Source: Kondoa subrosea (taxonomy: Eukaryota). Taken from it: a stretch of DNA of 64,000 bases. The stretch covers positions 2,365,060-2,429,059 of the forward strand of contig BCIN01000003.1 in assembly GCA_039545335.1 (NCBI GenBank), in the 5' to 3' direction. Position numbers and translations under genes: made by a program. Below are positions 11,895 to 24,932 of the stretch, in pieces (the first letter of the stretch is position 1; the number at the start of each line of letters is the position of its first letter). The notes below the pieces were generated by a model, which saw only the letters and a list, made by a program, of their open reading frames with translations, did no database searches and had not been told where the DNA came from.

Positions 11895-12520
11895 GACGAC
11901 TGTTTGCGCAAAAGACTTGGAGACACAGTTTGCAAGTCTGGGCAGCTGATGCAGGGCAGGAGTGCTTACAGGTTACAATGCATGCATCACTTTGTTACGC
12001 ACATTCTTTCGAAGTTGTTTCGAGTTGGTCCTTGTTCCGGTGTTCTACCGTATCTTTCTAGCAACATGTATTATATTACTAGCATTTTCTTGACTGGTCC
12101 AGATTCTTCCCATGTGTGGCATCTTGAAGTATGCGTCGAAATTCAGAGACAAGTTGCGCATTGAACGGGCATTTCAGATTCAGCAAGGTATACAGATCGA
12201 GTTTTCAGAGTAGTAGTCAATAACAGAAAGCCCAAGGTGCAGGAGCAGCGATTGCAACACATTTGTTCCATATTACATCTTTACATTTTAGACAGCTGTA
12301 CTTGTTGTGCCTTCGTCAATTCTGCCCCAATGGAAGCAGCTCTGTGGCACAAGAGGAATGACATGAGGATCCTGGAAGCCTTGCTCGATTGACTACTCAC
12401 ATCCTTTCCCCATCTTCGTCATCCAGTTCCCCAAGTCGATTATCGGGATATCCGCCTGAACGGCTTTCAGCTGATCTATGGCTTCCAGTTTCAGAGTGGA
12501 CGTACTTCGAGAAGGCTTCC
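10775..12520. repeat. Right arm of the inverted repeat (partner 2460-4205)
   Basis: Reverse complement of 2460-4205; coordinates in the core sum to 14980. Confidence 0.97.
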
Positions 12521-13093
12521 ACCGCTTGCCCGCTTCTGGAGCGGGCACAATATGAAAGTGTACACTAACAGCAGCACATAAGCGAAGAAGACTGTCACGC
12601 GAAGGTTCATATCCTACTGCGGGACAACTTGGCCGTGACCATTATTCTGAATGATATTGAAGTCTGGCTGGCCTGTAGCTGCCAATATTGCTCTGATATT
12701 CCTTCTGAGCCTCAGTTGCCATAAGAAAGCAATGTGATTGCGAACCTCGACAGCTTTGGTATCACCCGACCGATAGCAGCAGAAAGCTCATCAGGTAGCT
12801 CTGAAGAGCGTGCGAAGTGCTGTTTTGGTACCAGGAGCGTGTGACCTGTGTACATCTTTCAGCTTCTCGCGATGGTCACGATACGAGAACAGCAACATAC
12901 CGTCTATGATTGGTAGTACATCCAGGAAAGCTATAACAGAATCGTCCTCGTAGATCTTGAAGCACGGAGCAGATGAGTATATGATGGCGCAGAAAACACA
13001 AGGTCTCTGGTAGGGAGCAGGCGAATCCAGCTTGCGCAGCTCGCGAATCGCATCAGCACGTTCGTTGGAGAAATCGATAAAGCGTTGTGTCAT
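12281..13093 (-). CDS. HIT (histidine triad) family nucleotide-binding protein, Hnt1/Hint-like, intact
   Basis: CVFCAII...KIYEDDSVIAFLDVLPIIDGHTLLVPKQH...FNIIQNNGHGQVVPH|VHFHIVP (HxHxH triad); splices to ...GELDDEDGERIAASIGAEL...LSKM*. Confidence 0.92.
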
Positions 13094-13218
13094 CAAAGAG
13101 ATTCAGACGTTGTTCGGCAGAAGAGCACTTTCGGAGAACGAATAAATTACGTAATACAATGAAGTGGGTGTCTACTGAAAACAAACGAAATCACAGTAGC
13201 AGCAATTGCTCGGCTTCC

Positions 13219-15155
13219 TTACTTCCTCTTCCTCTTATCTCCAGCTTTAGCGCCCTTCTTGATCTTCGGCTTGACCAAGGCTTTCTTCTTCGCTCCTAAG
13301 AAACCCGAGCACTTTGATGATCCGCAGTAACACTTCTGCTGCTGGGCTTTAGGCGTATCACCTTCTGCAATGACGTCTTCTCCGCCTTCTACGTCTGCAA
13401 GACTTGCAACTGTATCAATTTCAATTCGGTCAGTTGAGGGACCCAACAACGCAGAACTATACGAACAAGTAACCCTACGAGCAGGACCAGAGACATTAGT
13501 ACCGCTTCGAAAGTAGTGGAGAACGCAATAGCGTACCAGCCATAGTCATAAGTCAGTTCACGACCCGCTGCAATATCGCTCTTAGCGAACAAGCCAATTT
13601 CCCACTCGTCAGAATCGGCCAGCTTGAAGCGGATCATCTTGCAGTTAGGACCACAACTATGATTTGCAAAGCGAGCTGCGTTTCCTTTCATACCAGCATC
13701 GACGACTTCCTCTCCATCGTAATCCAAGAAGTAGTAATCGTGACGATTCCTATATTCTTTCACTACGCGGCGATAACTCTCATCGCGCGAAATGATCTAT
13801 CGGAAGCTCGTCCATATGAACGTCTCACAGTGAAGCTTTTAAAGCGCACCTCGCCTCGATACTCCATTATATATTGTCCTTCCTCAATGTCAACAGTAGT
13901 CTTTAGTCCAAAGCCTCGGCTGCCAGTCTGCATAGCACCTTCAGATTGGGTAAGTACCAGCAATAGACTCATCGTACCCAGAACGGAACAGCTGCTTCTC
14001 TGCCTCGACTGTCGGTTAAGGGTTTTCGCAGCGAGAGCGGCCCATTTGTGCAGGTCTTACCCGCTGGGCATAGCTTTGGGGAGCATAGATAGAGCATCAG
14101 TCTAGAGACTCTTCAGTACGTGGTAGTGCAGCTAAGTCTAGGAAATAACCTGTTGATGCATTCATCGCCGCAATTTGATCCCTTCCTGCACTGACAAACA
14201 GCTGGTATGTCGGCTGGAAATCTGTTACGTTCGACGAAGGTATCTGCGCAAACCATAATTTGAGTTCTTTGCACTCTATATACAGGTAACTCGAGAACTC
14301 ACTCTGTTTGAGTTGTGTGTATTTTGGAGGTCTTTTGCCCATCCCAGCTCTCTCAAACACTCGTTGCCGTTTGTAGCTGCCCTGGCTATAATCCCTGATT
14401 ATATCAAACGATAACTTGAAATCCTTCTTCTGCTCGATCATGATTTCACCAAAATTGATTGGTAGCGGTAGAACGGGCCCGTTAGGTATATAATTGGCTC
14501 TGACTGCACTTGTTGCTGGAAGTGCCTTCTTCTTGGGTTCTTGCGATTTGGCTTGTATTGTAGACTTGGATGGGCCAGCACCGTTTCGAGCAAACTTCTG
14601 ATTTGCAATGGAAGAAGCTTGGCGCGACTCTCTGGTCTTGTGCTCAGCATGAGGAGGCTCAGACGTTGCATCTGACTCTTGTTCAGCTGGAACAGAAGCA
14701 GCTACGGCGAGCGGTACCGCTGAAAGAACATTGAGACTTGGTTGTATAATCTGGATACTGAAAGTAGCGTCTTGATTGGGATCTTTGAAGTCGGTCGAGT
14801 ACAGGCCAGCCTTCAAATATCGCTTTCTCCCTCGCCTTACAGTGCCATCTATCTCATCTGCCGAGCTTTCAGAATCTGACAGAGGTTCAGGCGAATATTG
14901 CTTGCGCGCTTGACGCGATGATTGCTCCTCTTCAGATTCTGACAGCTCAGACAGATCACTAGACGCGTCTGAATCGATTATTGACGATAAATCAGAAGAC
15001 ATGGATTCAGCTCTTGCGCGATTTCTGGTCCGCATTGGCTTGTGTAGATCTGCCAGCTTATCGCTCAGAGATGAGGAGCTGGAAGAGCTTAGATCGATGG
15101 CGCTGTCTGTTTCCATTGCGAGAGGTCGACGTTTGAGTGCAACTTGAACGCGCAT
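13219..15155 (-). CDS. ASH1/Set2-family AWS-SET-postSET histone methyltransferase (ASH1-like)
   Basis: YLKAGLY, LPLPINFGE...DFKLSFDI N-terminal motifs; Cys-rich AWS region; RGFGLKT, IMEYRGEV, GNAARFANHSCGPNC, ELTYDYG, CYCGSSKCSGFLG. Confidence 0.9.
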
Positions 15156-15274
15156 GATTCAAAATAAACAAGAATTTTGGCAAGACCAAAGAACTGCGTC
15201 AAAGACAGGAGGAAGCAGCTGCATTTGTATACTTCTCTTCAGAGCAAATACGCCCACACAAAGTCAGGTCCCAT

Positions 15275-16850
15275 TCAGATTGCCTGATCGACCGCTTCTG
15301 TAACCTTCTTGCTCCATCGCAGGCCAATTTCATAGAATCTAATGCATAGACATTTCAGTAGATCCTCACCTTAGTAGCACAACGTTACTCACGAGATCAT
15401 CAGACCACAAGCAGGCGCGACTTTGGCTAATCTTGGCGTCAATCCTCTTGCCATTCCAGCTATACCTTCGTTCTTCAAGATGCCACTGGCCAACTTGAAA
15501 GTAGAAGGGTGTACACCAGAGGAAGATGCTTGTCTACGAGTTTTGATGACATCGAAAGGATTCGTCAAAGTTGCAGCCACCTGTTGAGCCCATTCTCGTC
15601 AGTCCGACTGGAGCAGGAAGTGAAGCATTAGACTCACCGAGCCACTTATGGCCCCACAAAAGAATGCGGTAGCGAAAGTCTTGCTGCCCTTTTCAGCTTT
15701 CTGCTCTCCAAATCCATTTCCAGTCAAAGTCCTTTGTGCAACCTCGTAGCAAGCCCAATACAGTCCCGAAAAGGGCACGTCCCTCCATAGAGTTGCCGGC
15801 AGACCTCTCCAAAGAGCCGTGACTCCGCTTGTCCTGATCTCTTGCATTGTTAACCTCAAAACTTCGGTTGATGTGATGCTTGATACTGATTGCATTCGGG
15901 TTCGCAACAATTCGATCGGCGAGAAGATGGTGACTACCGCTGCTCTGGCTGCTGAACCAGCAACGAGAGGAACAACGACTTTGTGTGTTTGAGTCGGATC
16001 GCCTGATACTGGATTTCGGAACAACGATAAAGGTATAGGTCGAGCAAAGAGATATTGTCGCAGATAGTCATATCCAACCATGTATGATGCCTGGGATGGT
16101 ACCGACATCGCCATTGCTGGACCAACGCCTCGCCATAATGCAGATGCTCCTTCGTACCGCACGATCTTGGTCAAGGCGTCCAAGAAGCCAGTGAAGTGCC
16201 GAGCAGAAGGTTGGGAAAGATGCGGCAAGTTGGTGGCCGCTGCAGAAGGATTAGGGAAAGCGCAAGCTTCTGCTGCTGCAAAGGGTGCAGAAGCAGCCGC
16301 ATAAGCAATCGTACGCATAGCAGGACGCTTGCCCAATGATTTTGCTGAGCTGTTCAGTGATTGAAGTGTGGGCTGTGAGGTAGAAATAGTTCTTGTTAGG
16401 CCAGAAGCGGGTAATGTGGAAACTGATATTCTTGGATCAAATTTACAAAGCAGCGAGTCTTGATTCATGTTTGTGGTGAAGAAAGTCGTTTGACAGCATG
16501 TAGCTAGATTGGTGGCTGCCAGAGAGGAGGATGGTAGCTTGACCTTGGAAGTAGAGGCATCCAAGCGGAAAGTAGCGGTTGGAGGAGGCATATGAGATGA
16601 TGGCATGAACATTGGCTCGGGACTGTTTTGTGTCTGCAGTCTGGTCTTGATGACATCGAATGGAGTCACTACGAACCAATCAGATCTTTCGATCACAGCC
16701 CATTGTATGAAAGCTGAACGAACTCGTTAGAGAAGTGACCAGTGCTCCAGCACATGCAGCAACAGCCTTTTCCTTCCCGTTCTCAAAGCTGCTGCTCGTA
16801 TTCCTGCTTGTTCCACTTTCAGATTCGATCGTCAGTGATGGCGACTGCAT
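15275..16850 (-). CDS. MTM1: Mitochondrial carrier, Mtm1/SLC25A39-40 type
   Basis: Three Px[DE]xx[KR]xR motifs (PFDVIKTRLQ, PIELLRTRMQ, PFDVIKTRRQ), long first matrix-loop insertion with CC, LWRDVPFSGLYW, KVAPACGLMIS. Confidence 0.92.
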
Positions 16851-17194
16851 ATTGGAGCCTCTTGAGCAGCTTTGTATTGCGAGCGATTGCGGAGTGAAAC
16901 AGCTGCCCTTTGTGCTTTGGAATTGAGAGTTGATTGGCTGATTGAGGAAGAAACATGATGATGAATTTTCGGCATCTATTCCTTCGACGGCGATGTCACA
17001 TAGCTGTAGCCTCAATGCAGCATTGCTCCGTCGTTACTTGCACCCTTCCTCTTTGTACGAAGCTTTGGAGCAATCAATTGGCAAGTAACCGGTCTAACGT
17101 CGCTAATATCTCGTTTTACATGCAGCTCTTTCCTCCTCTCTGTGTCCCTAACTATGGCTTCGTAACTTCTCTAGTTTCTTGCTTCTCTGCTAGT

Positions 17195-19000
17195 ATGGCC
17201 AGTCTTGATTTTCAAGTGATTCGCTTACTGGACAGCAGTCCGGAAAGACGTAGCGAGCTCGTGGAAGTCGCTATAGACTTTCGCACTACCGTACTTGAGC
17301 GACGTGCTCTGCCCAATAATCCTGACATTCTTTCAATTGCCTTTGCAATAGCAAAGCTGTCTGAGGAGACGTACATTCAGAAACATCATATCAAAAAGAC
17401 CGATGATGTGATACAGTAGACCATTACATTTCAGCTCGTTGCATATACTGATTAATGTATCAAGCCTCTATAACGAGATTGCCAATCAATCAGCAGCAAG
17501 GTAAGCAAGGTCCTTTAGCTACTACGTGATCCGGCTGATGATGTTTCCAGCCTGGCTTTATCTCTAAAACAATGTCTGCAACTTACCTTCGAGATTGCAA
17601 CTGCTCTCAAGAGGTTGCATGAGTATACTCTGCAGTCGCAGCTAAAAGGCATCATCCACGGCCGAATAAGAGCCTCGAACAGTCAGCAGACTCGTTGCCC
17701 TCGAGAGTCCTCGCTCCTCTGACCGTCACCTGTTAGTTGTGCTGGGAAGCAAGGGGACTTTCCTCCTGCAAGATTTCTCATTCGCACACATCGCTAACAA
17801 GCCTCGCTTCGTGTCCCCACCCACTTTCTCTATACGCCATCTGGCCCCAGAAGTATGGATCGGCGCTATCGATGTCAAATCCGACGTGACTTAGCCCTCT
17901 AGATATCTTTTCCTCAAACTGAAGAGCATGCTTTAATAGATTTGGTCTCTGGCATTCACTGTACTAGAGCTCCTTTTGCCTTCCAAGCCTCCTCCTTCTA
18001 TCGATGCCATATCACTCGATAATCTTGTTCGACTCGATCCAAGATCCCCTCGAGGTGTGCAGCTGCTCAATGCTTTCTCTATCCGGCTGCGGGAACAAAT
18101 CGAAGAATATCTGAGATACTTGAGCAAGACTCTGCCCAACTGTCTGGATTTCGTCGTGCTTCTCAGCCTAATGTTGCATCCAAACGTGCGGGAACGAATC
18201 GATGCAGCTGGTGTGGTTACGAGGATGAAAGCCATCCAGCAAGATCTGCTGTAAGTGACAGTCGAATATCATTCTAGTGCATTCATTCTCATTCTGTTCT
18301 GCCGTAGAGCCAGAAATCTACTCAGTACACAGAGTTTCTGTCAGCCGATAGGCAACACAGGCGCGTAAGTGTCAGTATATGCTGGAGCACCAGTGCATCA
18401 TCTGATTGTGAATATTATAGCTCTCAGCGCTCCTCGACTGCACCCGGACAAAGTGCTGGGTACTCGGCGAATCCCTTTTTGAGCACAAGCAATCCCAACC
18501 CTCCTTTCCTTTCCTCCCAAACGCAGTCTGAACCATCTGTGCCGCAATCTTCTGCTTCTCCCTCGCTTCCTCGTCGGTCTTCAGCAATGTCAACGCCTCC
18601 TCGACCTCCTCTAGCCTCCAAGACTGGCTTCCTACCGGCTTTCGAAACTCTTCTGGGAGCAGGAGCTATCAGCTATCAACCGGAAGGTCCAAACAAGACG
18701 ATCCATTCCATCTTTGCCAAACCAAGTGATCCGTACAGAAGGTCCAGACAAGACAAGCGAAACACTATGCCAATCTCTGCAGCAAATTACGGCCCACTGC
18801 GAGCCTTCTCTTCGGGCTATCCCTTTCCTTCCAGCTCGACATCTAAGCCTTTGCCTACTCCAGAGCTAAGAGATATCCAGAGCAGGTTAGACTATGCAGA
18901 TCCTCTGCTGGCTTTTACCGTAAGTGTGCTTCGTTGCTTTGAATCGGTCGAACTTATGCTCTTGTCCCAGTCGAGTCAAAGCAGACCGGCTTGGCTATAA
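17195..19000 (+). CDS. Protein-kinase-like protein with degenerate catalytic motifs (pseudokinase) and Ser/Pro-rich tail
   Basis: Spliced reading: EIATALKRLHE...GIIHGRIRASNIVL...LLQDFSFA...RHLAPEVW...DVKSDIWSLAFTVLELL. Confidence 0.8.
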
Positions 19001-19184
19001 CGATGCAACGTCCAAAAAGTTTTCATCAAAAATGTTTTCATGTCTTTCTACAATTCATTTCAAGTATAAGAGGGTTTGCATGCCAAAAATTAAAGCAAAA
19101 CGCATAATGAAGAATAACGAAAGTCTTGTGTACGTTTGATACTGTACAGTTGAGAGACATATACTAGATATTACTTGTAGACGC

Positions 19185-22100
19185 TTAGTCCAATACCATC
19201 ATGCCCTCACTTGATCGCTTGCAAGCTTCATAATGTGCCAACAACTGAGCGAGAAAAGTGTCTGAATCGAGCTCAGGACGGATCGCTCCAGTCAGATTGT
19301 CTGTCAGAACTTCTTCCATTGACACATCCCCTTCGACCGAGGCAGGTAGGATACGAGCGTATTGGTTGGCGAGAGACTGAATAACGGGATGCTCGATGAC
19401 TTTGCTGATTGGACTACGGCTGGTAGGATCTTGAGCAAGAAGGCCGACAAGAAGAGTTGACAGCGGTATCGACAATTGACTTGTGCTGACTTCCGAAAAG
19501 TCGTTGGATCTCAGTCGATGCCACGAAAGACCGTTGTCGGGCAGAACAACGTTCAAAGCAGCTTCCAAGATGATCAGACCGAAACTGTTAAGAGATTGTA
19601 TTGGAATCAGAAATTGCTCTTAAGTATAATGAAGGAACAGCTAACCTGAAGATGTCCGCTTCCTTGCCGTATCTCCCGCTCATGACCTCTGGAGCAATGT
19701 ACTCTCGATCACCTTCTCTCTCCAAATCAATAGTCTCTGAAGGTTGAGTTGCGATTGATGGCCAAACGCCGGTCTGAGCTTTGCCATCGACAATTTCTGC
19801 TTCGTCCATCGCGGCGCCGCGAAGAATCGCAAGAGAAGACGTACGAGGCCAGCGAGTAGCCATACCAAAATCGCCGAGCTTGAGGTTGCCATCTTCGCAA
19901 ACAAAAATGTTGGCTGGCTTTAGCTGAGTATGTAATATCATTATTATTGGGTTCTGCGAAGGAACAGCTGATAGAAACTTACATCAAGGTGCAAGATGTT
20001 TCTATCATGCAAATGCTGAATACCAAGAGCAATCTGAGCAGTGATTTTCCAAACTCTTGCTTCATCCAAGAATTCATTTTCTTGACCATGAGCGTCGAGA
20101 AACTCTGCCAGATTACCGCCTTCGCAAAGTTCAGTCTGGATGTACAGATGACCTTCTTGCTCCCATGCACTAAAGAGGGAAACGATGTATGGTGACTTGT
20201 CCGTTTCAGTGCTAATTTGGCGCAAAATATCAATCTCTTCCAACCTTCTCAGCCGATCTTTGGGACCAGAGAAAGGTGTTTTGGTACGCTTGACCGCTGA
20301 AATGGCACCATCTTCTCGGCTTGTGACCGCAAAAGCCTCACTGCTGACACCTCGTCCGATAGATCTCGCGATGGTGAAATTGGTCTCGAAGCGATCAGGC
20401 AAAGCAAGCTCTCGTTGTCGAACAGAGTGCAAGACAGAACCAGAATGACGATGTTTGAATTGCGGTCGGCCAGCTGTGGGTGGTGGATAGAAATGATTTG
20501 GAGCAAAACGTGGTCCGGTGTTGAGCGATGTTGGAAATGTTTGGGTGGTAGGCGTTGTAAGCGATAAGGCAGGAGCAATCGAAGGGAACTTGGGCGGCGA
20601 CATGGAAGCTGCAGTCGGTGTACTGACCAACTGCGGACCTGCGAAGATAATTAGCATCCGACGAAGAGCCAGAAGTAAGCAAACTTACCTTCCAAGGACG
20701 AGTCCAGATCAAAGCCAGCCCGAGTAGGAGTCATTGGCTCGTAGTCCAGCTCTGTTCCGCTACTACTGCTGCCGCCACTTATATGGACCGTAGCTGAAAC
20801 AGGCTCTCGTGACAGTTGTCCGCTGCTTCTTCGACGATAGAGCGGAGGTATTGCCTTAATTAAACCAAGTCTGCCCTTCCTTTCGCTGAAAGAAGCACTG
20901 GGACCTTGAGTTGGGCTGTTGTCCTGAGGCGAACAGGCTAATTGCTCTGGTTCATCTTCAGATCGAGCATTGATAGCGATGGCTAATCTGCCATCAGCAT
21001 TGATAGTCGGGACAGCCAAGGCAGCAACGGGTTTTGCCGCAAGCAGAGGTGCAGGCGATCTTTTGCAAGGCGTATCTGGCATTTGCTTCGCTCGAGCAAG
21101 AAGAGGATTCATCAGAGGTTGAGAAGGTGCTTGAATATTCGCGGGCAAAGGAGGTGCTTGAGGTTTAGGTGCAGGTGAATCAACGCCTACACCAGAATCA
21201 CGAGGCCGAACCTTCTTGCTCATTAAACCAGTCGAAAGGAAAGCTGCCTGCAAAGGTTTGACATGTTTGTAGGCTTGAGGTGTAAAGATGCTTGAGCTAG
21301 AATTATCGCTATCTGTTGAAGCGGTAAATTCAGACAAGCGTCGAGCGTGAAACTTCTGAGAGGTGCTTGCGCAGAGACTGTTACTTGACGCATGCGAAGA
21401 TGCGAGAGAGCTGGCAATGGAAGAGGAATCCGTCAGACCAGGCTCAGAACCACGAGAAGTTTCGACTGATCGTCTTCCCATATCGCAATCGTCTTCCTCA
21501 AAATCATCATAATCCGGGAAGTCATCTGCCACAAATGTACGGGTGGCGTAAGGAGAACTTGATGGAGCAGCGATAGGCGAATGTGCTGCCAAGTTGCTAC
21601 CAGTTCTTCCACTCTGCGCACCGCGGGGACCCATTACTACAGCTCCATTTGCATTTCGTTTCCTTCCACTTAACATCCCAAAGACATTTGAGGAAGAAGC
21701 CGAAGAAGTGCCAAACAGGTTATCGACCGATGTAGCTCGTCTTGGTGGCAGAGCAGGTACAGCGAATTGAGGTTGATCTATAGGCATCGCATGTGCGTCG
21801 TGAGCTGAGGCACTAGCAGCTCTAATTCTTCGCGGCGTCAGGGCAACGAAAGGCGAATCGGTGTCTTCATCTGCAAAGATTGGATCGCGCGAAAAGAAAC
21901 TTGCGTTGATTGTGTCTTCTTCTAATGCTTCGAGAAAGAGTGCGCCAGCTGTAGCGTCCGAGTTGGTGCGAGGTCGCTGACGCCTTCCCTCTTCGCTAGG
22001 CGGGATTGAAGCCGAAGAAGCTGGATGACTGGCGAACAGACGAGATCGAGGTCTTTGCAAGGTTTTGGAAGGAGGTGAGCCTGGTGCAGCAGAGTTTCTT

Positions 22101-23047
22101 CTCCAAAGTGGCTGAGGAAGATTGCTGGTCGTACGAGAGCCTAGTGTCGAGGGAGAAGAAGCGGAAGGATCGAAAGCGGTGAGATCTTGCACAGTGAAAT
22201 CGCGACTGAGTTTGCCACGTGAAATAGCTGGTGCTGTAGCTGAGTATGAAGGATATCCACGTCGCATACAATTCCGCCCAGGACTTGCCAAGCTGTCTGA
22301 AGGGCTTCGACGCACAGCTGGAACTCGAAAAGGAGAATCTTCTTCTTCGTCTTCATCCTCAAAATCTTGACTGGGAGATGGACGGAAGCTTTTGTCTTTT
22401 GATGCTGTGGCTAAGCCCAAGCGAAAGTCACTTACAAAGTCAGGTTGGCGAATGGAAAGGTTTGAAGGTGAGCGAGGAAAAGAAGGGAAACCAGCAGTCG
22501 AGGGCAGGGGAGAAGAAGCAGTCGGCGCCTGACTGACTTTAGGGAGGTCTAATTGCCAGTCTGAGAGATCGAAACGTTTGGATCTTCGATCTCCGGCTGG
22601 AGCGGTTGCTGGAGCAGAAGGGCGAGGAAGCTTGTTTGGCTTCTTGAATGATGTTTGCAAGTCTTCTCTTGTGTTGACTTCCCCTAAACTGCTGACTGCT
22701 TTGCGTTTGTGATCTTCGGTTAGCAGAACGGCGGCTTTGTTTTGTCGAACAGGCGAAGAAGGGAAGAGCGACAGCCCTCCACTCTTGCGACCAGTTTGAG
22801 GAGCTTTAGCTGGAGATGGAATCTTGACAGGACTGCGCAGCTCATTGGTGTTGGATATGTCTTCAAATAGATTGGCAAGGTTATTGTTTTCATCACTAAT
22901 GTTCTTTCGTCTTGGACTCTTGCGTAGCGCCTTGAGAGTAGCAAATGGAGAGCGACTGGTCGTTTGACGTAGCGGAGAGCCAGAGATAGAACTTCTGCGT
23001 GAACGATTTGTGGCACCACGTTGCGGACTCGCTTGAACATCAGTCAT
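19185..23047 (-). CDS. WEE1: Wee1/Swe1/Myt1-type CDK-inhibitory kinase
   Basis: Long disordered N-terminus with KHVKPLQAAFLSTGLMSK and MPDTPCKR; kinase domain AVKRTK, HLDLKPANIF, KLGDFGMATRWP, EREGDREYIAPE, LPDNGLSWHRLRSNDFS. Confidence 0.95.
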
Positions 23048-23777
23048 ATTGGCTGAACGAAGGAAGTCAGATTCATTCCAGAGTATCAGAGTATACGTAC
23101 AATCGGTACTGAAGAGTGCAGGTATAGAACAGATAACGTGTTTTTAAACACCGTCAAGCGCAATTTGAACGAGCGTGAAGGTAGAGCTAAGAGACTGCCT
23201 CTTAGCTCGACTGAAGGAGTCTGATTGGCGCGCTTACGTGCAGGGCGCCTCTTGGTATCAATGAACTTGGAACACGGTCGAAGGAAGAGCTTGCGAAAAA
23301 GAAAACAAAGTCGACTCGACCCGATAAACAAATCAAAATGGGCGTCTGCTCTTTGTGCTGGAACCGCAGTACAGTCAGATACAGGCTATATGTTACATTG
23401 GTACGGTGTGCCTCAAATATGACCAACGTACTGCGCAGAATGCAAATGAAACGAGCCAAGGATTTTGCTTCGAGGCGCTGAGCCGTTCTACATTTCCCAC
23501 TGTATCATCGCACCAAAGGCAGATACAGAGCCTTTAGTGGCCCGCAATAGACAGTTGAACAGAGACCTGCAAATTGTTGGCCAGTAACGTCTTTCTGTGA
23601 GAAGCAGTGTAAGCTGACTTCGTATGCAAGTAATCGTGCATAAGAGGCAGCGTACCCTTGACGAACCCCAAAGGGCATATCTTGCTGCGAAGATGACCAT
23701 TCGAGGGTTTGCTAGCAAGATTCAATCCATCCGTTGCGGTGATTCCTCGACGCCTTGAGTCGCCCAGCTACTCTTAA

Positions 23778-24765
23778 TCAACTTGGCTTCGATTTTTTGC
23801 TATCTTTATCTTCTTTGACGAAAGCCACAATGACAGCCAAAGTCTTCAGACAATCCTCATAATCCTCTTGAGTTGGTTCTTCTTTTCTCAAACGGGCATT
23901 CTGCAGGTGTTGCTCATACAACAACAACAGAGGTTTCATTTCTTCTTTCAGCAAAGGTTTTGGTGTATTGAAAAAGACTGGCATGTATTTGGCTAATGGT
24001 GAAGGCAAAGGTTTCGTAGAAGTAGCGAATGGTTCGACAGCTGGTCCAGGCGGTAGCTTCACAAGTGGACCAGAAGGAGAATCGCCCAACAGAACACTGT
24101 CTACAAATGCTTTCATGTAAGCAGTACGTTGACATTCAGCTTGGTCACTAACCGAGAACCTTGACTGTTTCGAGGATGCCTTTGCGAAATTGAATACCCT
24201 CAAAGGGCGTGCCAGGAGCTCCCCAGCCTTTCAGCACCCGATTTTTGGGCTGAGAGATATGTGCAATCATGGCGCAACGAGCATACTCTCGAGCGATTAG
24301 TTGCTGAACAGGCTGCAGATACAAAAGGTGAGAAATGTCCGGCTAGAGCTCTTGCATAACAGCCTACCTTGGGCACATCGTCTTTCTGTATCGGTATATA
24401 AGCTTTCGGTATTGACGCCATGACTTGCTTGACGGAGATCAATCGCGACAAGGAGATTATTGCAGCGAGTATGGCCTGTCGACTAGATAAGTCTGCATGA
24501 GACCATACGTTCTTCCATCACATACAGTCAATAAGAAGGCGCCTCCAGTGATTAGAACATCTGAAGCTCGAGTGCTTCGACCTTTCGAGTAAATCGTTCT
24601 CGTTACTTGCTGTTGACCCATATCATACAGTGCGGACAGTAGGACGACAGTGACGAGACCGATGAAGGAGACCAGAGAGAACCTGAGTATAGACTTTCAG
24701 CTTCTCTGCTTGACAACTTGTACACCACCTCACCTGTACAGATAATATGAGAGCGAATGTCGCAT
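23778..24765 (-). CDS. DLT1: Dlt1-like (defect at low temperature 1) two-TM membrane protein
   Basis: Hand-spliced: MRHSLSYYLYRFSLVSFIGLVTVVLLSALYD...LITGGAFLLTAILAAIISLSRL...MASIPKAYIPIQKDDVPK..QLIAREYARCAMIA...GWGAPGTPFEGIQFR; three canonical introns. Confidence 0.75.
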
Positions 24766-24932
24766 GCTTGAGATTGTATATAAGTGCAAGGGTATATATG
24801 ATCGCGGCTGCCGCAGCAGAACCTGAGCTTTTGGCTTCGTGTGTCCGAATAACACTACTTCTCTTCTCCGCACCGTGACCAAAGGCAGCAGAAAGTCAGT
24901 CAGCAGACTGCTATGGAATCTGGAATAAGCTG

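Noticed and set aside
10672..12627. Direct repeats flanking the RPL8 copy as a transposon/LTR or retrocopy
   Set aside because: The repeats are HIT gene sequence, introns are retained, and there is no poly(A), terminal inverted repeat or transposase
2460..12627. Mating-type locus as the explanation for the inversion
   Set aside because: I recognised no pheromone, STE3 receptor or homeodomain gene in the window; this is not testable here
1115..13093. 2OG oxygenase, DAO and HIT as a secondary-metabolite cluster
   Set aside because: No backbone enzyme, transporter or regulator is present, and core housekeeping genes intervene
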